A DNA stretch of 64,000 nucleotides from Candidatus Elarobacter sp. (GTDB taxonomy: Bacteria > Vulcanimicrobiota > Vulcanimicrobiia > Vulcanimicrobiales > Vulcanimicrobiaceae), in contig DASWRD010000093.1 in assembly GCA_036403315.1 (NCBI GenBank), positions 1,514 through 65,513 of the forward strand, in the 5' to 3' direction. The notes under the pieces are model-generated. The model did no database searches, was not told the origin of the DNA, and worked only from the letters and a program-made list of their open reading frames with translations. Below are positions 58,333-64,000 of the stretch, in pieces (the stretch's first letter is position 1; every line of letters starts with the position of its first letter). The position numbers and the translations under genes were made by a program.

Positions 58333-59348
58333 CGGACTCTTCCGACAAACGGTACGATGCGACGCCCAGCCGGCGCGCGCGCGCGAAGCGCGACGGCAAC
58401 GTCGCGCGGTCCGGCGAGCTCACGAGCTTGGCCGCGTTTGCCGCCGCAACGCTGGCCGCAGGCGCCGCCGTACCGGCCGGCGCGGCCGCGGCGTTCGCGG
58501 CCGTGCGCGATGCTGCCGCGCATCCTCGCGGCGGCGGCGTCTCGCCGGCGCTCGCCGTCATCGCGCTCGCGGCGCTCGCCCCGGCAGCCGCCGCCGCCTG
58601 CGCGGCGAGCGGCGCCGCGCTCGCGCAAGGCGGCGGCCTGCACGTTACCGGCGTCCACGCCGATCTCAAGCGCTTGAACCCGTTCGCCGGCTTGAAGCGG
58701 ATGCTCGGCGGTGAGGCCCTCGTCGGCGTCGTGCGTGCGGCGCTCGCGTTCACCGCGGCGCTTCTGGCGATGCTCCCGCTCGCGGCGGACGTCGTCGGCG
58801 CCGGTACCGCGGTTCGCGCGCCGGGTGCTGCGGCCTCGCTCGTCGCGTCCGTCGCGCTGCGCGCGTGCTGCGCGGCGCTCGCGGCCGGCGCGGTGTTCGC
58901 GCTCGCCGACTTCGCGCTCGCGCGGCGGCGCTGGCTGCGCGGCTTGAAGATGTCGTTCGACGAGCTCAAGCGCGACGCCAAAGAGAACGACGGCGATCCG
59001 CGGACGCGCGCGCGGCGCAAGAGCGCGCACCGCGCGGTCGTGCGCGGTGCGATCGGCCGCACGCGCGAGGCGTCGTTCGTCGTGATCAACCCGGCGCACG
59101 TCGCCGTCGCGATCCGCTACGCGCCGCCGGCCGTGCCCGTGCCGGAGATCGTCGTGCGCGCGCTCGACGACGCGGCACTGCGCGTGAAAGCGCTCGCGCG
59201 CGAGCACCGCATCCCGATCGTCGAGGACGTCGCGCTCGCGCGCCTGTTGTTCGCGCAGGGCGAGAGCGGCCGCGCGATCCCGCCGGAGACGTACGTCGCC
59301 GTCGCGCAGGTCATCGCGTCGCTGGCGCGTGAGGGCGTGCTCGCGTGA
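58326..59348 (+). CDS. flhB: FlhB export switch protein
   Basis: K...ATP.R...A...G.V.RS.EL, LKMS..ELK...KE.DGDP, V.NPAH.AVAIRY, PIVE...LAR.L, IP.E.Y.AVA. Confidence 0.92.
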   Translation: MVTDSSDKRYDATPSRRARAKRDGNVARSGELTSLAAFAAATLAAGAAVPAGAAAAFAAVRDAAAHPRGGGVSPALAVIALAALAPAAAAACAASGAALAQGGGLHVTGVHADLKRLNPFAGLKRMLGGEALVGVVRAALAFTAALLAMLPLAADVVGAGTAVRAPGAAASLVASVALRACCAALAAGAVFALADFALARRRWLRGLKMSFDELKRDAKENDGDPRTRARRKSAHRAVVRGAIGRTREASFVVINPAHVAVAIRYAPPAVPVPEIVVRALDDAALRVKALAREHRIPIVEDVALARLLFAQGESGRAIPPETYVAVAQVIASLAREGVLA

Positions 59349-61453
59349 AGGAGCGGCTGACCAGCGCTTTCGCGGTCGCGGTGCTCGGCGTCGTCGCGAT
59401 CCTGATCGTGCCGCTGCCGCCGCCGCTGCTGGACGGGCTGCTGGCGCTCAACGTCTTCGGCTCGGCGCTGGTGCTGCTCATCAGCCTGCGCGTCGAGGAG
59501 CCGCTCGAGTTCTCGGCGTTCGCGCCGTCGCTGCTGCTGGCGACGCTGTTCCGGCTCGCGCTCGACGTCAGCGCGACGCGGCTGATCCTGACCGAAGGCC
59601 ACGATCCCGGCGGCGTCGGCGCGCTGATCCCCGCGTTCGGCCAGTTCGTCGTGCGCGGCAACGTCGTCGTCGGGCTGATCGTCTTCGCGATCCTGATCAC
59701 GATCCAGTTCGTGGTGATCGCGAGCGGTGCGCAGCGCGTCGCGGAGGTGTGCGCGCGCTTCACGCTCGACGCGATGCCCGGCAAGCAGATGGCGATCGAC
59801 GCCGACCTGCACGCCGGGCTGCTCGACGCCGACGCCGCGCGCCGCAAGCGCGCGCGCGTGCAGCGCGAGGGTGACTTCTACGCGGCGATGGACGGTGCGG
59901 GCAAGTTCGTCAAGGGCGATGCGATCGCGGCGCTGGTCATCGTCGCGCTGAACCTGCTCGGCGGCGTCGTGGTCGGCACGGCGTACCACGGCATGGCGCC
60001 GCTCGAAGCGATCGAGACGTTCGCGATCCTGTCGATCGGCAACGCGCTGCTCACCACGCTGCCCGCGTTTCTGATCTCGACGGCGATGGGTCTCATGGTG
60101 ACGCGCGTCGCCGGCGACGGCGCGCTCGGCGTCGATCTCGCCGCGCAACTGCTCGCGCGGCCGGACGTCCTGCGCGTCGCCGCCGTGCTCGTGTTCGCGC
60201 TGGCGTTCGTGCCGGCGTTTCCGGGCCCGTTGTTCGCATCGCTCGGCATCGTCGCTTTCGGCGGCGCGATGCTCGCGGAACGGCAGAAGCGGCGCGCCGA
60301 CGCAAACGCCCGCGCCGTGTACGAACAGCGCCGCCGAGAAGCGGTCCGCCGCCCGGAGACGGCGTTCGGCCTGGTGGGTGTCGACGCGCTCTCGATCGAC
60401 ATCGGCGCCGACCTCTACGCGCTGCTGGCGCCGCCGAACTGCGAGACGCTGCTCGACCGCGTCGCCGACGTGCGCCGCGCGCTCGCCGCCGAGACCGGCA
60501 TCGTCATCCCCGGGGTGCGGCTGCGCGACGACCCGCTGCGCGATCAGCGGACATACGCGCTGCGCGTGCGCGACCGCGTCGTCGCCGAAGGGATCGTTCG
60601 CCTCGACCGGCTGGTCGCCGTCGCGTCGCCCGAAGTGCTCGCGCACATCGGCGGCGAGCCGACGACCGAGCCGGTCTACGGCCTCACGGCTCGCTGGATC
60701 GCCTATGACGACCGCGAGCGCGCGCAAAACGCCGGTGCGCTGACGTTCGACGCGATCTCCATCCTCGGGTCGCACCTCGCCGAGATCGCGCGCGCGCACG
60801 CGGCCGAGCTGTTCGGGCGCCAAGAGTTCCAGACGCTGGTCGAGCACCTGCGCGGGCTCGTGCCGTCGGTGGTGAAAGACGTCGGCGGCGACGCGCTGCC
60901 GCTCGCCGTCGCGCACCGCGCGTTCGTGCACCTGCTGCGCGAGCGCGCCTGGCCGCGCGATCCCGTCGCGGTGTTCGAAGCGCTGGTCGACGCCGCCGCC
61001 ACCACGCGCGATCCGCGCGAGCTCGCCGAAGCGGCGCGGCGCGCGATCGTGCCGCAGCAATTGCGCCGCGACGGCACGCACCGCTTGCGCCCGCTGATCT
61101 TTTCGCCGGCGTTCGAGGCGGAGCTCGCGCGCATGTGGTCGCCCGACGGCGGCCTCGCACCCGATCCGCAGACCGCGATCCACGTGCGCGAAACGGTCGC
61201 GCGCTACGCCGCCGACGAGACGTGCGCGCCGCATGCGGTCGTCGTCACCGCGCCGCTGCGCCCGCTGCTCGCCGAGTTCCTCGAACGCACCGCGCCCGGC
61301 GTCGCGGTCTACGCGTTCGCGGAGCTGCCGCCAGAGCTCGGCCTCGCCCCGGCCGGGGTCGTCGAAGAGGCGGCAGCATCCTCGGCGCCCCGGGTGCCCA
61401 TTGACATCTCATCAGCGGTTGGTTATGCTACCAATACAACCAACCACCTGTGA
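59345..61453 (+). CDS. flhA: FlhA/SctV major export protein
   Basis: TLFRLAL....TRLIL, GA.RVAEV.ARFTLDAMPGKQMAIDADL, FY.AMDGA.KFVKGDAIA, R.LL.E. Confidence 0.95.
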   Translation: MKERLTSAFAVAVLGVVAILIVPLPPPLLDGLLALNVFGSALVLLISLRVEEPLEFSAFAPSLLLATLFRLALDVSATRLILTEGHDPGGVGALIPAFGQFVVRGNVVVGLIVFAILITIQFVVIASGAQRVAEVCARFTLDAMPGKQMAIDADLHAGLLDADAARRKRARVQREGDFYAAMDGAGKFVKGDAIAALVIVALNLLGGVVVGTAYHGMAPLEAIETFAILSIGNALLTTLPAFLISTAMGLMVTRVAGDGALGVDLAAQLLARPDVLRVAAVLVFALAFVPAFPGPLFASLGIVAFGGAMLAERQKRRADANARAVYEQRRREAVRRPETAFGLVGVDALSIDIGADLYALLAPPNCETLLDRVADVRRALAAETGIVIPGVRLRDDPLRDQRTYALRVRDRVVAEGIVRLDRLVAVASPEVLAHIGGEPTTEPVYGLTARWIAYDDRERAQNAGALTFDAISILGSHLAEIARAHAAELFGRQEFQTLVEHLRGLVPSVVKDVGGDALPLAVAHRAFVHLLRERAWPRDPVAVFEALVDAAATTRDPRELAEAARRAIVPQQLRRDGTHRLRPLIFSPAFEAELARMWSPDGGLAPDPQTAIHVRETVARYAADETCAPHAVVVTAPLRPLLAEFLERTAPGVAVYAFAELPPELGLAPAGVVEEAAASSAPRVPIDISSAVGYATNTTNHL
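61401..61429 (+). promoter_or_regulatory. near-consensus sigma70 promoter inside flhA 3' end
   Basis: TTGACA-17 nt-TATGCT, upstream of the GAGGAG RBS of the next gene. Confidence 0.7.
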
Positions 61454-61463
61454 GGAGATGGCG

Positions 61464-62393
61464 ATGCGGCGATTGATCGTGTGCGCGCTCATCGCGGGTC
61501 TAGGCGCCCCCGCAATCGTGGCCGTTCCGATTGCGGCGTCCGCCGAGCCCGCGTTCTGCGCCGGCTTGCGGAAAAAGGCAACCCTCCAGCGATGGGAGCT
61601 CGAGGCGTTCAGCAAGGGCTGCGCCGACGCCGCGCGAGCGCCGGCCGCGAAGCAGCCGAACGAAGTGGTCCCCGCGCAAAACGTCGTGACGGCCGCCTCG
61701 CTCGTCGGCGACCCGTCCTCCACGTCGACGCCGCAAACGGACAGGGAAGCTCTGCGCGGCGCCGTGCCCGACAAGAACGGGTTCTTGCGCGTGCGCGCGT
61801 CGGACGTCAAAGCGGCGATCGCGACGAACCAGCTGCAGAAATCAACGGCGGCGACGACGGATAAGACGGTCGTGCAGGCCGAGACGAAGGCCGCTGCCGC
61901 CACGACCGCCGCCGCGGTCTCCGCGAACGTGGCTCGGTCGGCGGATCAGCGCCTTTCGGTGTGCCGGTACAAAGCGAACTGGCTCACGTTCGTCGCCGGC
62001 CTCGTGTCGCTCGCGCGCGCACCGAAGATCCGCGACGGCACGCAGTTCCTGGCGCTGGCCGCGCCGCTCCCGTTCTCGCCGTGCGAAAAGGCGGTCGACG
62101 CGGCCTCGTCGCCGCTCGTCGTTCCGGCTTCGATCGGACTCATCGAGGGCGGTGACGCGGTTCGGCTGCACGTGCTGGAAAGCAATTACACGGGATCGTT
62201 TGCGGTCACGCCCGCCGACGCCGGGATCGTTTCCGTTACGCCCGTGTTCGACGCGGACAAGAAGACGGTTCTTCGGGATCAGTTCGACGTGAAGGCGCTC
62301 AAGTTTTCCGACAATACGTCGTTGAACGTGCAAGACGAGAGCGGCGCGCTCAAAGTCATCCACGTCACCATCACGAAGAAAGCATCGAGCTAA
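61464..62393 (+). CDS. secreted hypothetical protein
   Basis: GAGGAG RBS; signal MRRLIVCALIAGLGAPAIVAVPIAASA; Ala-rich helix and beta-rich C-terminus. Confidence 0.7.
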   Translation: MRRLIVCALIAGLGAPAIVAVPIAASAEPAFCAGLRKKATLQRWELEAFSKGCADAARAPAAKQPNEVVPAQNVVTAASLVGDPSSTSTPQTDREALRGAVPDKNGFLRVRASDVKAAIATNQLQKSTAATTDKTVVQAETKAAAATTAAAVSANVARSADQRLSVCRYKANWLTFVAGLVSLARAPKIRDGTQFLALAAPLPFSPCEKAVDAASSPLVVPASIGLIEGGDAVRLHVLESNYTGSFAVTPADAGIVSVTPVFDADKKTVLRDQFDVKALKFSDNTSLNVQDESGALKVIHVTITKKASS

Positions 62394-63811
62394 GCGCGCG
62401 CGCCGAGCAGCGCCGTCAGCTTCGAGGCCGCCTCGCGCGCTTCGCTCACCACGCCCGCGTAGGAAGCGCGCGCCGCCTCCACGTCAGCGGCGCAGAACGG
62501 GCACGCGGCCGTTCCTTCGAACACGTGCCGGAAACAGCTGTAGCAGACCGTGAGCGCGGTCGCGCTCACGCCATCGGCGCGCGGCGTGAGATCGGCCGGC
62601 ACGCGAACGTCCGTCGCATCGCCGTCCGCCGTTTCCACGGCGATCTCGAACACGCCGTGGTCGAACGACAGCCCCGGCGCCGCTTGCACCTGGCGCACGC
62701 TCTCGCGCAGGCCTTGCCGCTGCAGCTCGAGCGCACGGTGATGGCAGTACGGGTTGTCGCCGGGCTTGTCGAACAGGCTGTGCGCCATCCACGTGCAGCC
62801 GCCGCGGCACACCGATGCGTAGTAGCACGAGCCGCAGAAGCTGTGCGGGACGTTGCGCTTCTCGCGCGCGAACGACAGCTCCGGCGTGTCGTAGTAGATC
62901 GACGTCAGATCGATGTCGCGCACGTTGCCGCCGGTGTAGCCTTCGGTCGGCAGCGACGGGCAGCCCTTGATCTTGCCGTCGGCTTCGATGCCGATCCCGC
63001 CCATGCCGGCGTCGCAGCCGCGGTAGTGGATCGTCTCCAAACCATAGCCGCGCAGCTCGCCTTCGAACGGGCCGAAGTAGCCGATGTTGTTGCCGATCTG
63101 CAGCAGCACGCCGCGCCGCGTCGCGCGCCGGTACAGGTCCGCGAGCTGCGGCATCACCTCGAGCAGATCGTGCGGCTGCAGCAGCCGCTCGGGGCGGTCG
63201 CTCGCGCGGCCCATCGGGACCGTGAGCTGCAGCTGCCAGTTCGTCGCGCCCGCCTCGACGACGACGTCGAGGATGCCGTCGAGCTGGTCGAGCACGGCGC
63301 GCGCGATCTGCGTGTTCACGCTGGTGCTGATGCCGAACTCGCGCAGCCGGTGCAGCGCCGCAACGGCCGCGTCGAACGAGCCGCGCACGCCGCGCAGCTC
63401 GTCGTGCAGGTCGCGCAGCCCGTCGATCGACACGCCGCAGTTCGACAAACCCGCGTCGACGGCGGCGCGAATGCGTTCGGGCGTGAGGTTGCGCCCGCCG
63501 GTCTGCATCGTGCAAACCATCCCGGCGCTCGTGATCGCCGCGATGATCTGCGCGAAGTCTTTGCGGAGGTACGCTTCACCTCCGATGAGCACAACGTGGC
63601 GCGTGCCCAGCGCCGCGAGCTCGTCGACGATGTCGAGACACTCGGCGGTGCTGAGCTCGTTGCTGCGTGCGGCGCCCGCCCGCGAACCACAGTGCGAGCA
63701 CTTGAGGTCGCAGGCGAGCGTGATCTCCCACACCACCAGCACGGGACGGCTCGTGTCGCGGTCGAGCTGCGAGAGATAGCGTTTCGGCGGTGTCTCTCGC
63801 GCCGCGGTCAC
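62390..63811 (-). CDS. radical SAM/SPASM peptide maturase (GDL-peptide-associated / PlpX-like)
   Basis: VWEITLACDLKCSHCGSRAG (CX3CX2C), GC.AG, IKGCPSL, C..C.Y...C.GGC, NPYCHHRAL. Confidence 0.9.
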   Translation of the reverse strand: MTAARETPPKRYLSQLDRDTSRPVLVVWEITLACDLKCSHCGSRAGAARSNELSTAECLDIVDELAALGTRHVVLIGGEAYLRKDFAQIIAAITSAGMVCTMQTGGRNLTPERIRAAVDAGLSNCGVSIDGLRDLHDELRGVRGSFDAAVAALHRLREFGISTSVNTQIARAVLDQLDGILDVVVEAGATNWQLQLTVPMGRASDRPERLLQPHDLLEVMPQLADLYRRATRRGVLLQIGNNIGYFGPFEGELRGYGLETIHYRGCDAGMGGIGIEADGKIKGCPSLPTEGYTGGNVRDIDLTSIYYDTPELSFAREKRNVPHSFCGSCYYASVCRGGCTWMAHSLFDKPGDNPYCHHRALELQRQGLRESVRQVQAAPGLSFDHGVFEIAVETADGDATDVRVPADLTPRADGVSATALTVCYSCFRHVFEGTAACPFCAADVEAARASYAGVVSEAREAASKLTALLGARA

Positions 63812-63999
63812 TGCTTGGGCTTCCGCATCTCCCCGATCTTGGTTTCGAGCGTGCGCAGGGCGTTCATCACCGCTTCGCGCTCGTGGTCGAGGACTTGGTG
63901 GAAGCGCACCGCGGCGCTCGGCGGGTGCGGCTCGCCCGCGAGCGCGCGCCGGGCGGCGTCCGCGTGGTCTTCCATCTCTTGAAGGTCGCCGCGCTGGGC
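63808..63999 (-). CDS. GDL-motif (DUF1843-like) precursor/partner, 5'-truncated by window
   Basis: Read by hand: ...AQRGDLQEMEDHADAARRALAGEPH...LRTLETKIGEMRKPKQ*; stop overlaps the rSAM start (GTGA). Confidence 0.65.
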   Translation of the reverse strand, partial: AQRGDLQEMEDHADAARRALAGEPHPPSAAVRFHQVLDHEREAVMNALRTLETKIGEMRKPKQ

Positions 64000-64000
64000 C

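Noticed and set aside
1-64000. Many long Arg/Ala-rich overlapping ORFs (e.g. 6893-9277, 10651-13125, 33538-36423)
   Set aside because: Shadow frames of real genes in high-GC DNA, with no recognisable motifs.

Overview
High-GC bacterial chromosomal window. A TonB-dependent receptor together with a Bacillus/Actinobacteria-type SOS box suggests a diderm Terrabacteria lineage such as Eremiobacterota/Vulcanimicrobiota (inference only). Housekeeping genes are sucCD, lexA with a divergent LysM/yneA-like gene, panC-coaBC-coaX, dusB, greA-lysS, truA-rplM-rpsI and metF. Six accessory items stand out. (1) A 2-copy tandem array of ~200-nt minus-strand structured elements (29811-30234); each has a 70-nt tRNA/tmRNA-like domain with a G3.U70 acceptor stem, a downstream hairpin that is a copy-specific, co-varying antisense of its own 'anticodon' arm, and a terminator-like stem. 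(2) A class I lanthipeptide cluster (lanB, lanC) with two 53-aa precursors missed by the ORF track. (3) A strongly reduced flagellar-type export/basal-body cluster with a FliF-FliG(middle domain) fusion and no motor, hook or filament genes in view. (4) A split acyl-reductase + class III aminotransferase + SRPBCC cluster, possibly a fatty-amine pathway. (5) An Ig-like + Hint-domain protein. (6) A radical SAM/SPASM enzyme with a GDL-motif partner cut by the window edge. All calls come from reading motifs by eye; no database searches were run.
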